Source: Paraspadella gotoi (lineage: Eukaryota > Animalia > Chaetognatha). Taken from it: a stretch of DNA of 64,000 nt. Position 1 is the stretch's first letter. Each line of letters opens with the position of its first letter. The notes beneath the pieces are model-generated. The model was not told the DNA's origin and ran no database searches. It worked only from the letters and a program-made list of their open reading frames with translations. A program made the position numbers and the translations under genes. The stretch covers positions 19,753,936-19,817,935 of the forward strand of contig CM119269.1 in assembly GCA_051294375.1 (NCBI GenBank). Reading direction: 5' to 3'. Positions 28,623 through 42,190 of the stretch are shown here, one piece after another.

Positions 28623-31600
28623 GAAGAGAGGATAGTAAGAAGAGAGTCGTAGTCAAAAGAGGCAGTCCGCTTTTTGCTATCTCTTCAAAGTTTTGCGAGT
28701 TTTCTTTTTTTTTTTTTTTTTTAATTTCCGCGCCGCGCGTATTTTTCCCAAAAAACATTTTTTAATATTTGCCCTTTTCTTTTTTGTTTTTTTTGTTCTT
28801 GTTTTGTTTTTTTTCAATTTCGTTTTTTTTTTCTCGAGTCTTTTCTCGCGCTTTTTCTGGTCTCAAGCGAGAAACGCCGTCGCCAAACAACGGACGACGA
28901 CCAAAAGCAGAGAAGAAAGACGTTGGATCCTGTCAGAACGCATTTTCTTGCCCGTGACAGGGCCAATGGTTGGGAACCACATGGGGGTTGGGGAGAGGGA
29001 GACGGGGGCAAGAAGTTGGGGGATAGGGAGAGAAGAGGAGTCGGGATGAAAGATAGAGAAGGAGAGGTTTGGAGAAGAGAAAGACAGAAAAGCGAAAAAT
29101 CAGAGAAGCGATCGAGGCGAATCGCCGGAAATTATCCGGCGCCGGAAAAGAGAGTGAAGCGCGTGGGGCGGTGGGAGAGGGTGGGCAGCGTCGAGACGAG
29201 ATGGGCGGAGCGATTTTCAAGAGGGTGAAGTTTTTTTTTTGTTTTTTTGCGTTGGTTGGCAGGAGAGAGAAGGCGCGGGGAAAGGTGAGGGAAAAAAAGA
29301 TAGGGTAAAAAATGGCGTCGTAGATAAAACGGGTTAAGAAAGCGAAGATGGAGAGAATAAAGAGGCGAAAAGAAGGGTCATTAAGAAACAATGTAGTTCG
29401 AAAAATCAAGGGGGCGTGTCGGATGAACGAAGGGGGGCGTGTTGGAAGAACGTCGATTTTTTTTTGGGTTCGTTTTTAAAGGAGGTGGATGAGGTGGATG
29501 AGGAGGTGGATGAGGAGGTGGATGAGGAGGCAGAGGCGAAAACGTTGGAGTTTTCCGGGAGGAGGGGGGAGTTGGAGAAATAGGAGGAAGAGTTGAGAAA
29601 AGTGTTGAAGTCAAGATCGGGAGAACGATTTCCGAATGATGAACGAGAAGAGGGGAGAGAGAAAAAAAAAAAAAGGAAAGAGAAAAATGGGAAACGAAGA
29701 AAGGGCGGGCAAATTAAGAGAGGGGGAAGAGAAAGAAGAAAAAAAAAGAAAGGAGGGAAGGGAGGAAAAAAAAAAACGTTAATGAGGAAAAGAAGTGGTA
29801 GTACTGCAGAGAGAATTCCGTCCTTTTTTTTTTTTCGAATGTCATAATTCTGAAAAATTCGTAGATTTAAAGAGAAATTATGAAACTGTTTTAATATATA
29901 GATTGTATCGTAAAAATATATTTTAAATTCAAAAACAATCTTTGGATTTTGTTAATTTCTATTACAATATTTCTGAGATTTTTGATTAAAGAATTTTCTT
30001 TTTTATGCTTGACCTTTTAGGAAGGGAACTGAATGACATAATTCTTTTATGCTGTTTTTACTTCTGATCTAAAAGTCGAGTTGTACAGTACGAATAGACT
30101 AATGCTAAGGAAGGTAAAAGAATAAAATCGATCAAAGGAATAATAATAAATATAAAAATGAAGACAAAATTAAATGAATAAAAAAAGATAAAAATATGTA
30201 TAAAAAACACGGACAGCATATCCTTAATTTTCTGTTCTAAAGTCGTAGCAATAAGTGTACGGGTTAGTGAACTAAAACATTTTTTTTTCTTTGTTTGATT
30301 TTTTTAACCGGATTTATGTTTGGACGGCAAAAAGGATCTAAGCCAATCACCTGACACTTCAAAGTTGTATCTAAATTTTGTGTAGAACAGAGGTTCACAG
30401 GTGACTTGGATCAAAGGACAACAATGGAACTCTCAAGTAGAAAGCGAAGGACGACGACAACAAGATTCGCTCAATATTTGTGATACGAATTTCTAAGAAA
30501 AAGAGCCACGCCTGATTTTTTTTCTATCCTGTGTCCTTTGAGATTCAATCTTTTAAAATCTGAAGTCGAACCCGACCTTTTTCCGAATATAGATTAATTC
30601 CTTTTTGAGACAAGATTCAGCTCATTTTCTTTCCATATTCATTTTTTTTTAAGAGTGGACAAAATATACCTTTTATGAATCGCGAGATTTATGTTCCCCA
30701 CAAATATTTATATTTTTGATTTCCTTAAGCTTATACCTCATTTTTTCACTCATATTTAGCCTCCATTTCGTTCATCGTTTTTTCTCTCTCTCTCTTTTTT
30801 ATAAAACCAAAAAAATTTAATTCCTTCCTACGCGTAATTTATCATTTCATCGTCTATCTTAAAATTTAACTATGGTACTTTTTAATAATAAAAAGACTTT
30901 CATGTATAGAAAAGTCGGCCAAAACAACAAATCAGATCCTATAATAAAATTTATCGATTCAACATATTTAAAATAAATCTTTATTTCTTTGACCTTTTGG
31001 GCGCAAAGGGGATAAAAAGATTGAATTTGCTGTCCGTCTGTGAACTTTTCAGAATTGTCACATTCCGGTCGCGGGGAGAAAATCGGAAAAACGTCGAAAG
31101 TCGTAGATTTCCGATTTTTCCTCCGATAATCAATCAATCTGTCAATCAAACTATCAATTAATTAGTCGATCCAACGAATATATCGTTTGGTCAAATTTAG
31201 TATTCTAGACTAAACTAATAATATATAGACACTAAATATGGTTTTCATCCAGTGTGCGAGCGACACTAGTTCGCCAGGGAGTCAGTGTTCATAACAAATG
31301 AACTAAAACTTTACGTTTTACAAAAAACATGCAGAGTGATTTGAAATCGAAAATCAATTGTTAGAGAAAAATTTAAAATTTAAAATTAAAAAAAAGTTAA
31401 TTAATCGAAAAAGACAAATCGTAATCTCAATAGTCAAACAGAGCCCAAGTTATCTTCAGTTATATCTTATTGCGGTATTATACTTATGTATTCTTTCTGT
31501 TTTCAGGGTTACATAATTTAACAGTAATGAAACTTATTTGTTTAATTACTAGAGGACTTACGTAAATCTCATTTATTGATAACATTTTTTCAATATTCGG

Positions 31601-32215
31601 TGTATACAATTGAATATTTTAGTTATTTTTTATTCTCCGTTTTATCAGATTTGAATTAAAAGTTGAATTAAAAGAATTATTAAAAACACTATTATATAAT
31701 AAATACGATCTTTAGGGTTGTCTTTATAATAAACATGCACGAGAAGACAAAGATTTAAAAGAAAAAAGCGAGAAAATACTATACATTATTTCAAGCGGCT
31801 GATACATTATGAAATCTAAACAAAAATAACTGAACAAAATTGCGATGACACAATCTTTTAAGCAGACATTGAGAAATAATTTTAATATGCATTCTACAAT
31901 GAAAGCTACAATTCAGATAAAGGTTAAATTCATATTCAAACATACATAAAAAATGCGATTATAAATGCTAAATGTATATCGAAACAAAGATTGGAACTAA
32001 CTAAATCGTTTTTCTTTATAATTCAATATTAAATTTTAATTTCTTTTTTTTCAGAAGATTAAAAGGAGATACAGAAAGAAAAATAGAGAGAGAGAGATAG
32101 AAAGAGAGGCCCTCCAATACAGAATAATACAAAAAAATAGAGTTAAAAAAAAAAAAGAAACAGGGGGAAAAAACGGAAGAAATTCTCTCTGCAGTGAACC
32201 GCGGAGGCGACTTAC

Positions 32216-34153
32216 TCTGTTTCGGTTTCGCTTTCACTGTTTTGTCTCTGTTTCCCAAATGAGTGACGCCGAAGACGGGGATCGTGGTTGCCACGCCGGG
32301 TCCCCCGGGCGTCAGCGTCAAAAGTGTCGCGATGGTCGCGTCAACAGATGGCGTCGGAGGCACAAGGTTCTCGTCGATCTCGTAATCGTCATCGTCTTCG
32401 TCGACGTCGTCGTCGTCGCAGTCTTCATACTCTTCGTCGCAATCGTCCCCTTCGTCATCGTCCTCGTCCTCGTCATCGTCACAGGTTCCGTCGTCGAACC
32501 AATCGCAGTTGTCTACCTCTTCTTCTTCCTCTTCCTCTCCCTCTCCCTCTCCCTCCCCATCTCTTTCGCCGGGCAACGGAAACCCTTCTGTGGTTGCGTC
32601 ATCTCCCCTTTCCTCGTATTCGTCGTCGTCGTCGTCGTCGTCGACGTCATAGGGATCCACCGTGGGCTCCTTTGTTTCCGAAACTTCCGGCAATTTGACC
32701 ACAAAGGAGGTGGTGGTGCGTTTGGTGGGCGTGGTGATCGACACGACGTTGTTGGCGTCGTCTTCGTCGTCGTAGTCGCCTTCGTCATCTTCGTCGTCGG
32801 GCCGCGAGGTGGTGCGCGGTTTCGGCGGCTTAACTTTGTCCTTCCCTTTGCCCTTTCCTTTGCCCTTGCCTTTGCCTTTGCCCTTGCCCCTGCCTTTCCC
32901 ATTTTTGCCCTTTTTCGTTTCTGTCGTCGAGAAGTCGTAATGGGTGGAGCGAAAGGGAAGGGAAATCCAGCAACAAATTATAAACTTATGAATTTTGTAC
33001 ATACTATGTATATAAAATGTTTTTTTTTTAAATAATCTTTTAATGAAATTTCCCGGTTCTGAAAAATCTAAAATATAGATAATGCCATTCCTGCGAAAAT
33101 GTCACAAAAAAAAAAGGCGAACAAAGGAGCGACCCTAGCGGCGTCGTTCTCGAGGAGCGACCCTAGCGGCGTCGTTCTCGAGGACCGTCGCTCTTCGCAC
33201 CTGTCACGTTTGTCGGAAACGACACCGAAATCTCGCGCCGGCGCGACGACTTCGAACCGGCGTCGTCCAGAAACGTCAAACAGCGCCGGTAAAAAAAAAA
33301 GTTGGGCGTCGTCGACGCCTGGTTTTTGGGGCGAGGTTTCCCTCTCTCCGAGAATTAAGACTCGATTCATTTCCGAGGGGAAACCAGGTGCGAATTTCGT
33401 TCGCGGGTTCCACAAACTTCGTTAACCGTTCGTCTTTTCGTTCGTCGCTCATTATTTCTCCTTCGTTCGTCCTTGTTCGCCGTTCATTTTGTCCTATCGT
33501 CTTATATCCCTCATCCCTCATGGATTGTTTAAGTTATGAAATTTTAAAATGTTCTTATCATTTAACGTTTAAGGTTAAAATATTTAGTTTCATAATGAAA
33601 CATGTTTTCCTTAAAACGCTTAATAGGTTTTAATTTCATTTTTTTTAACAACTGTCATTATTTCTATTGCATAAACTTCATACCGTTTGCTTCACCTTTC
33701 TCCGTCTTAGTGCATTTATCATTCATTATCATTATATTTATCATTATTATTATGTATCATGGTCCCAATTTTTGGATTATCTTTGCTGTTGGTCAGTCCA
33801 TGGTCGTTCCCCAATTGCGTCTCTTTCCCGCGGTCTCCTCACTTCGTCCCTAGTTCATCGTCGTCTCAGCCGCTGCTGCGAAGCGGCGACGCCGCGTCCG
33901 CTTACCTGGGAAATCCTCGTCGGTGATTCCTTTGGGGAAGTTGTTGAAGGCGTAGTGTGAGGGGGGCGGATTTTGCGGGTCGTGGCGGGTTTCCGGGCCA
34001 GACTCAACGTACTCTGCGGGACGAGGAGAATGGGGGAGGGGGCGCGAATTTGAAGCGGGGAAGGAGGGAAAGGGGGAGTGAGGGGAAGACCTGAAGGGTG
34101 AACCCTTGGCGGAAGTTGTGACATAGGAGGTAAGCCCAGTTTATAGGAGAGAG

Positions 34154-34233
<80 letters not shown>

Positions 34234-37200
34234 AGAGAAGAGAGAGAAAGAGAGAGAGAGAGTCGGCTTCCAAAGGCCAGTGACGAAGCAGAGATGGTTT
34301 TGAAGACTTTTCTTATTAATTTTTCTTCCCAATTAAAACTGAATTAATTTTTTTGAAAGTTTATTTTTCATAATGAAAGTACAATTTTGACCATGTTTTT
34401 TTTTCCCATTCTATTTATCGGCATTTTATAAGAATTAATTCATATTTGGCGTTGAATTAAAACGTTTTCGCTTTCTGATACGATATATAAAGCCTATCGA
34501 GATAATTACTTTTGATACGCGATAATATTTTAAATTATCAAAAGGCGATTATAAATTTATGATACTTCGCTGGGATAATTTCGTAAAGGGGGAAATGAAA
34601 GAAAAAAGGGAATAAGCTAATAGAATAAAAATCACAGTACATTTTTTCTCGTCGAAGGGTTTTGATATTTTATATGGTAAAACATTTAAAAAAGAAGAGT
34701 AAGAAATATTAAAAACTTGTACTATTCACAAACGCTTGAATAAAGAGATAAAAAAAATATATAATGTTCGAGTAAGGTCATGCAATACTTTTTTTGTCGT
34801 TTTCCTTTTTCTAATTTTGTAATGGCTCAATACTTTCAATGATTTAAATTAAAAATTTTAAATAAACTTGGGGATTAAAAAAGCATTATATAAATTTTTA
34901 AAAAACTGAGCCTGGCAAAATAACACACGTCTTTAAAGAGAAATAAAAAAAAATCGGAACAATTAAAAAAAAACAAACAAAAAAAAACAATAAGACGAAG
35001 GCGATTCACTACTCACTATATAGCGTCATGGTCTGCTGATCCCGGCCCATGGAATTCGAGGCGACGCACTTGTATTCACCGTAATCGTTTTCTGAACCAA
35101 ATAGACCAAAGTTGCTTTTTGAGAAGCTTCATTACACATTTCCTTCTTGTTAAATTGTTATTAATTTAATAATATAAATAACATAACATTAACATAACAG
35201 TAACTACTTTGAAATTTCATGCGAAAGCGATTCTCACCCGAAAGATGTTTGATTCGTAGGCTGATCACCATCGTGTAGTCGTCCTCCTCCCAAGTATCGA
35301 TGTGGTATTTGCCAGAATTCGTCAAAATCTGGTGATAATATTGCTTTTGTATGTATGTAAATGTATATGTAATTATATATATGTATATTTGTGAAGCCGG
35401 AAATGGTTTAGATTTCATGTATAGCTTGTATACAAATGTTTTGCATAGGTTATTTTTATTTTAAAATTAGTTAAATAGTAAGTTTGATTAGCTGCTCAAT
35501 AGTCGCTAAATATTAAGTAGTTTGCTAAAAGTGAAAGTATTTGAATTGCCTGACATACCACCTGAGACGTTGCATGGAATCATTTGGTGACTCACCCCGC
35601 TCCCATCCTTTTGCCAGTACAGGATGGAGTGTGGATATGCAGTGATGATGCACTCCAGGATGGTTTCCTTGCCCAGCTGTTGCCCGAGGCGTGTGTTTCG
35701 TAGTTTCACGGTCGGCGCAACTGAATAAATTATAGTATAAAAATAAAGCAATAAGGAAAATAATGATGTATATTTAAATATTATGATAACAAGTTTTTTT
35801 TTTGGTAAGAAAATTTTACATTTTTTTTTATAAATAAAATTATAACAATATGGAATTTATTTTTAAACAATAAAATTAGAGCGTAACGTGCTACTCACAC
35901 TCTACGTCAATCTTGATCTGTTTTGAGACTGCGGGCGGGACGCCGTTCGTCGCGACGCATTCGAAAAGATCCGCGCACTCGCGGGTCACGTTGTAAAACA
36001 TAATAACTTCTCCTTGAATTCCGATTTCTGGAAGAAAAAAAAAAGAATAGGGTCACATTGGTTAACGTAGTAACTTAANNNNNNNNNNNNNNNNNNNNNN
36101 NNNNNNNNNNNNNNNNNNNNNNNNNNNNNNNNNNNNNNNNNNNNNNNNNNNNNNNNNNNNNNNNNNNNNNNNNNNNNNNNNNNNNNNNNNNNNNNNNNNN
36201 NNNNNNNNNNNNNNNNNNNNNNNNNNNNNNNNNNNNNNNNNNNNNNNNNNNNNNNNNNNNNNNNNNNNNNNNNNNNNNNNNNNNNNNNNNNNNNNNNNNN
36301 NNNNNNNNNNNNNNNNNNNNNNNNNNNNNNNNNNNNNNNNNNNNNNNNNCTCAAAGACGTGAAACTCGAATTTCCGTTGCGTCTCTCCCGCACCGATTGG
36401 ATTTTCGTCAGGAGTTTAAGTGAATGGGCGAAGGAAGATCGACCAAATGACCGATTGGATGAGTCAAAGCGATGAAGCAATTTCTCTCTNNNNNNNNNNN
36501 NNNNNNNNNNNNNNNNNNNNNNNNNNNNNNNNNNNNNNNNNNNNNNNNNNNNNNNNNNNNNNNNNNNNNNNNNNNNNNNNNNNNNNNNNNNNNNNNNNNN
36601 NNNNNNNNNNNNNNNNNNNNNNNNNNNNNNNNNNNNNNNNNNNNNNNNNNNNNNNNNNNNNNNNNNNNNNNNNNNNNNNNNNNNNNNNNNNNNNNNNNNN
36701 NNNNNNNNNNNNNNNNNNNNNNNNNNNNNNNNNNNNNNNNNNNNNNNNNNNNNNNNNNNNNNNNNNNNNNNNNNNNNNNNNNNNNNNNNNNNNNNNNNNN
36801 NNNNNNNNNNNNNNNNNNNNNNNNNNNNNNNNNNNNNNNNNNNNNNNNNNNNNNNNNNNNNNNNNNNNNNNNNNNNNNNNNNNNNNNNNNNNNNNNNNNN
36901 NNNNNNNNNNNNNNNNNNNNNNNNNNNNNNNNNNNNNNNNNNNNNNNNNNNNNNNNNNNNNNNNNNNNNNNNNNNNNNNNNNNNNNNNNNNNNNNNNNNN
37001 NNNNNNNNNNNNNNNNNNNNNNNNNNNNNNNNNNNNNNNNNNNNNNNNNNNNNNNNNNNNNNNNNNNNNNNNNNNNNNNNNNNNNNNNNNNNNNNNNNNN
37101 NNNNNNNNNNNNNNNNNNNNNNNNNNNNNNNNNNNNNNNNNNNNNNNNNNNNNNNNNNNNNNNNNNNNNNNNNNNNNNNNNNNNNNNNNNNNNNNNNNNN

Positions 37201-38746
37201 NNNNNNNNNNNNNNNNNNNNNNNNNNNNTACAGTAGAATATGCCCTATTCGCGCGAAGAAACAACGATTTATGGCGATGGGGCAGGGTTAAGTGGGATTA
37301 AGGGCATTAGGGTGAGGTTAAACAGGGAATAACGCCGGTGCGGGTTAAAAAGCCAGGAGGAAATTTAAGAAACGGAGGAGGAGGAGGAGGAGGAGGAGGA
37401 GGAGGAGGAGAAGAAGGAAGTTAAGGGTGACGTTTGAGTAGAGAAGGAAATCTTTGACGGATTTTTGACGCGAGAAGATAAAGGTTATCAAATTAGAGTG
37501 AAAGCGATTAAAATAGAAAGAGTTTTAGCTTCGTAAGTGAAATTATTATTAGAAGAAGGATAACAAGTCATATAAGTTTTATTATAAAACGATTGATTGA
37601 GTGAGTAGGGATAAGTGAAGATGTTCTCACCTGAAGTCGGAGAAGTTTGTGAATCGGAGGATCTGTGTTGACCTGACACTCGTACTCGCCTCTGTCCCTT
37701 TCGTTAACATCCTTAAAAACAAATTGAGTCAATGATTTGAGTCATTGATAGAAACAGATAAACATTTTTGGGCTCTCTTTTCCCAGAGCGCTCCATTTTT
37801 GTTGCTTTATCCCGGAATTTAATATTAATCTTAGTATAATTGTAAAGATATTAAGCTATCAAAATCAAATTCGGATCGGAACTGGCCGATCATCTTCCAG
37901 AATAATCGGAATGACCAAATTCACTCTTACCACCGATCCTCCATAATTTAAATATAATTATAAATTTATAAGCTATTCTTTACCTTCTATCTTCAATCTT
38001 AATCTTAAACTTAAATTTAATATTGAACCCTAATTCAATATAATTAATTTCTAACTTTAACTCTTATTCTTAAACCTTAATCTATCTTTCGATCAATCTT
38101 ACCTTTAATTTAAAAAAAATTTAATTCCGAATTTAAGATTAAATGGAGCTTTCTGGGAAAATAGGGCCCATTTTTTTCTTTTCCATCTTCAATACAATGA
38201 AATGCCCTGTTAACTTTTTCAAAAAAAAAGAAGAAAATCAAAAACTTTTCAAACTTTCACCGCAAACTTTATTTTCTTCAAAAAAAAAAAAATCACATGC
38301 GACGGTCGATGTTCCTTTTCGACTTTTTTTTTTGGGGGGGGAACATTGACTTCGAAATTCCATCTTTTGGGGGATTTAGAGATTTGCGACGTCAACAAAA
38401 AAATGACGAGATGAAATCGTTAAAATTTTTTAACTTCATCATTTTTTCCCCTCGTCATCCCAAATTCTGGTCGAGGGAGAGCTTAATCTTTCATTTCTCT
38501 CTACTTTTTTTCCGTCAGTATTCCTAAATATGATTAAACGCAACGCAACAATGTTTACAATCTAGCATTTTCGTTTACACCATTCCACCCCAGAGTAATG
38601 TCCCTCACCAACTCACTTTGATATTGAGGTTCCATCAGTTTTGTAAGGAATGATCCAAACTAATTTTCGCTTTTTTTTCGTCGGGATGAGATTCGTTTTT
38701 TCTTGGAGAGTCAATAACCGTTCCGGTGCTGCGTGAAGCCAGAGAC
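32216..38746 (-). CDS. Lachesin/IgLON/DIP-like three-Ig-domain cell-surface protein (partial)
   Basis: Minus-strand exons: ~38746-38617 (indel-damaged here; intact copy at 49097-48978), 37711-37631 (DVNERDRGEYECQVNTDPP), 36027-35899 (GEVIMFYNVTRECADLFECVATNGVPPAVSKQIKIDVE), 35720-35596 (FAPTVKLRNTRLGQQLGKETILECIITAYPHSILYWQK), 35328-35238, 35091-35017 (NDYGEYKCVASNSMG), 34013-33906, 32920-32216. The first half of Ig2 is missing and presumably lies in the N gaps 36079-36349 or 36490-37229. First and last exons not identified. Confidence 0.9.
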
Positions 38747-39282
38747 TGAGAGACAACGACTGGTGATGTTTTATAATATAAAAAATAAAAAGTCAAATTA
38801 ATAGGTTGAGCGAGAAAAACGATTCGATATTAAAATGTTATTATAATTGAAGACTTGTCGGACCCAGAACCAAATAACAAATATTAATACCCTTATAAAA
38901 ATTATACACGTTTTGAAGACCTACCATTTTACAATTCCTCGGATAATACAAGTAAGCTGCTTTGGACGAAGCCTCTTTATTAGAGCTTAAAGAGTGTCCA
39001 GGTCATTACTGTTCAATTCAATTCATTCAATCTCTGTTTGCTAAAATCATAGTGTAATTTGCGACAATCCCAAAACGTTGTCGATTTTGGTTTCAATTTT
39101 CTCTTTATTCTCTATCATCTCTCTTTCTCGCAAAAGGTAAGTATCAAAGTATCTGGTTTTGATCTGAGAAGTTCAACGACATCGAATGAACGCCGAGCGA
39201 GATACGAAAGAACTATAATTATCTATATCTAAACCTGTAATTAGAATCAGAGATAATCAGGTGTTGAAAATTAGGAAAATCC

Positions 39283-39313
<31 letters not shown>

Positions 39314-39335
39314 GAGAAGAGAGAGAGAGAGAGAG

Positions 39336-39374
<39 letters not shown>

Positions 39375-39506
39375 ATTCTCGGTTTGGCGGTTCTTTGTCG
39401 CCTACGTATAAAGTGTTTTCCTCGAAAAATTTAAGTAATAAGAAGAACTATAAATCTATATATATTAGCAACACAATTTTAGGCGAGAATTTCTATCCAC
39501 TGAGCA

Positions 39507-40743
39507 ATGAACAGCGACAAACCAAGTTATATTCAAGTCACACAACCATTTCCCAGCGCATTTCGCCAACTATTCCATGGCGGAATTAATTCGGTCCGTC
39601 GAAGCGTTGCCCCGCCCTTCGACAACGTCTTGGATCTGGGATGGCGGCAGCGGCGAATCACCAGGAATTTGCGGCATTTTCGCCGCTCTGCAGAAGGTAA
39701 GGCTTGCAATGACGATGTTGCTACAGAGGAATAAGGATCTTAACAATTTTCGGCGTATTATATTCAAAAAAATGGAGGAAAGTGACGCCAGTGACGCAGG
39801 TATATAGCGTTGGCGTTTCAAAGATATTATCTGAGTCATTGACTTTCAGAAATGACGCGTTTGGTTAATCGGCATCGATTCCTTCGGCGAGGAAATGATC
39901 GATTTTTGTCAAAATAATCATCCGTCTTTCCTCCGCCCACGGCAATAGTATCAAAAAGCGGCTTCGCCTCCGCCTCTCAACCGATTACGAACCATTCGAC
40001 TTCTCCGCGTGGGCCGCCTTCGAGACCTAGACTTCTTTCCCCGAAGACTGGAAGTGGTCTTCAACCTCGTCTGGTACACGTCTCATTTGGCGCTTCAATT
40101 TGCGGTCGGACTTGACGCAGTCTTCGAGAACATTAGTTTAACGTCTGCGAAGAGAAGGACGTTTCTGCGATGTTCGCGGCGAAGCGCCGGAAAATTCATC
40201 ATCGGTGAGGAAAGAGATAACAATAGTATTGGTTGCGCGTTCGATCGTTAAATTAACTCGGCGAATATACATTAAACTGCTTTTAGCCGGCCAACGAACG
40301 GCATTAAAATGAGCCGCGTTACGTTACCGCAAACGTGATGGATAATTTCAACGCCAGTCACATGTCAACTCAAAGGGAAGACAAAAAAATTCGATCCTTT
40401 AGTCAAAAGATTAATAGGAAATCATTTCTGCCGCTGGACTCGAACTGCACTCCTGCAAGTTCGAAAGGTTAAGATAATAACGACACATAATTTGATGATG
40501 TATGACATACATTGTAAGTATATTGTATAATTTCGTAGGGAGTTGTATGTTTTTCCGACTTAGTGGAACTGCGCGGATCCTTGAGGCCTTTACCCCACGT
40601 CCGTACGTCCCTCAGAGATGAAAGAAGGTTAGTGGACGAACTGTGGAAGAATACGGGAAGGCGATGCCTTTGGTTGGAGAAGTGCGGCGAGAAAAAGGCA
40701 ACTTGCAAGGGGAATTATTGGTTGTCCACGGGGAGAAGCCGTG
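39507..40743 (+). pseudogene. Frameshifted duplicate of the methyltransferase (likely an error-rich assembly copy)
   Basis: Colinear with 50529-51827 with the same exon layout, but scattered 1-bp indels break every exon. Confidence 0.7.
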
Positions 40744-41933
40744 AGCGAGTCATGAGTCTTGGGTGTTTGGAGTTGGAGCTGTCTCATTAAAACTAAATGT
40801 TCAGAATTTTACTTTGACATTTTTAAAAAAAATTTTTTGCTTTTATAGAAAAAAATATTTACATAAAAAGGCTTTTTAAGGACGTGGAAAGTAAAATTTG
40901 ACATGTATACTTTATACATTATGTCATTTTAATTTTCACAAACCTTTTTTTCCATTTTTATACCTCTTCATTAGATTCGACACGAATAAATAAATCGGTG
41001 AAAAAAAAATTGTAAAGACGGGTCGTTTTCGCCGAGTCATTAGCACATTAAGAACGAAACTATATTTTTTCAACGTTACAACTAAGGTACTACTATTTTA
41101 CAGTATTTTTTTCTAGATATAATGCAGTTTTTTTCGAGACCCTGAAATCAATCCTTTTTCAGTTTTTTCAGTTTTGAGAAAACGTTTTGCTGAAGGTGGA
41201 GGAACATTAATTAAAAAGGCGAAAATAAAATATTGGAATGGTATTAATATTATTAGTTTTGGATCTTCTTAGTGTGGGATATTCTAGTGTTGGATGTATG
41301 TTCTAGTGTTTGATATAAAATTTATTTTTCTTTTGTGTCGTTGGTTATTTGTTATTAGTTATATTATGAAATTGGTACAGCCATATAAAAATTCTCCATT
41401 CATTTAATAAATAAGCTATCTTGCCCCTGACTTTGTACAGGCTTGGTGGTTTAACGCCTCATCACTCTTACAAGATAATGACATAGCAGGTCCCTGCAAG
41501 CTTTCAATCAATTATGTTATCATGTAATTACGTCATCTTTTGTCATTTGAATTTATTCTGTTTATTAAATCTTACGATCCTAAAGATTTCCATCATTTAC
41601 GGCTTTTTATGTTTTGTTTTACATTTAAAGGCACTACATTAAAAGTTGTTGTTGTCGTTGTGTTGTCTTTCTTGGAATCTTTAGAAAAAAAAAGGGGACA
41701 AATATCGAATAAAGAACTTGACTAAGGATTATTATTGTGATTCGCGTCTATTAATCTAAGATTCGATTCTGTTCGTTTTAAGCGAAAGAAAATAACGAAT
41801 TTCGATAAACGAATTCACGAAGGCGAGGATTTCGGAAGAGTTCATGTCCTCTCTTGTGGGAGTACAATGCATAGAAATCTCTCTCTCTCCCTCTCACTCT
41901 CTCTTTCTATCTCTCTCATTCTCTCTCTCTCTC

Positions 41934-41983
<50 letters not shown>

Positions 41984-42159
41984 CTTCCATCCTTGAATTT
42001 ATTTAAAATCATTCTTCTTTCTCCTTTTTTTCCAAAAACTTTATCACTTTCTCTTCTATCAACTTTTCAAAAGAAAAAAGTCATTTCCAGAAATGTTTCT
42101 CTTTTTTCCTCGAAAACGACGAAATTTTGGAAGAGTTATTCGCCTTTGGAGCAACTTCT

Positions 42160-42190
<31 letters not shown>

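Noticed and set aside
28863-28960. Hydrophobic minus-strand tail (LSSLLLVVVRCLATAFLA*) as the GPI signal of the Ig protein
   Set aside because: No acceptor gives this frame from the phase-1 donor at 32216; unsupported without transcripts.
32259-33035. Plus-strand Val-rich 258-aa ORF
   Set aside because: Antisense shadow of the Asp-rich minus-strand exon.
33125-33184. 28-bp direct repeat in a GC-rich intronic patch with overlapping ORFs
   Set aside because: Only two units; no phase-compatible splice sites or recognisable product.
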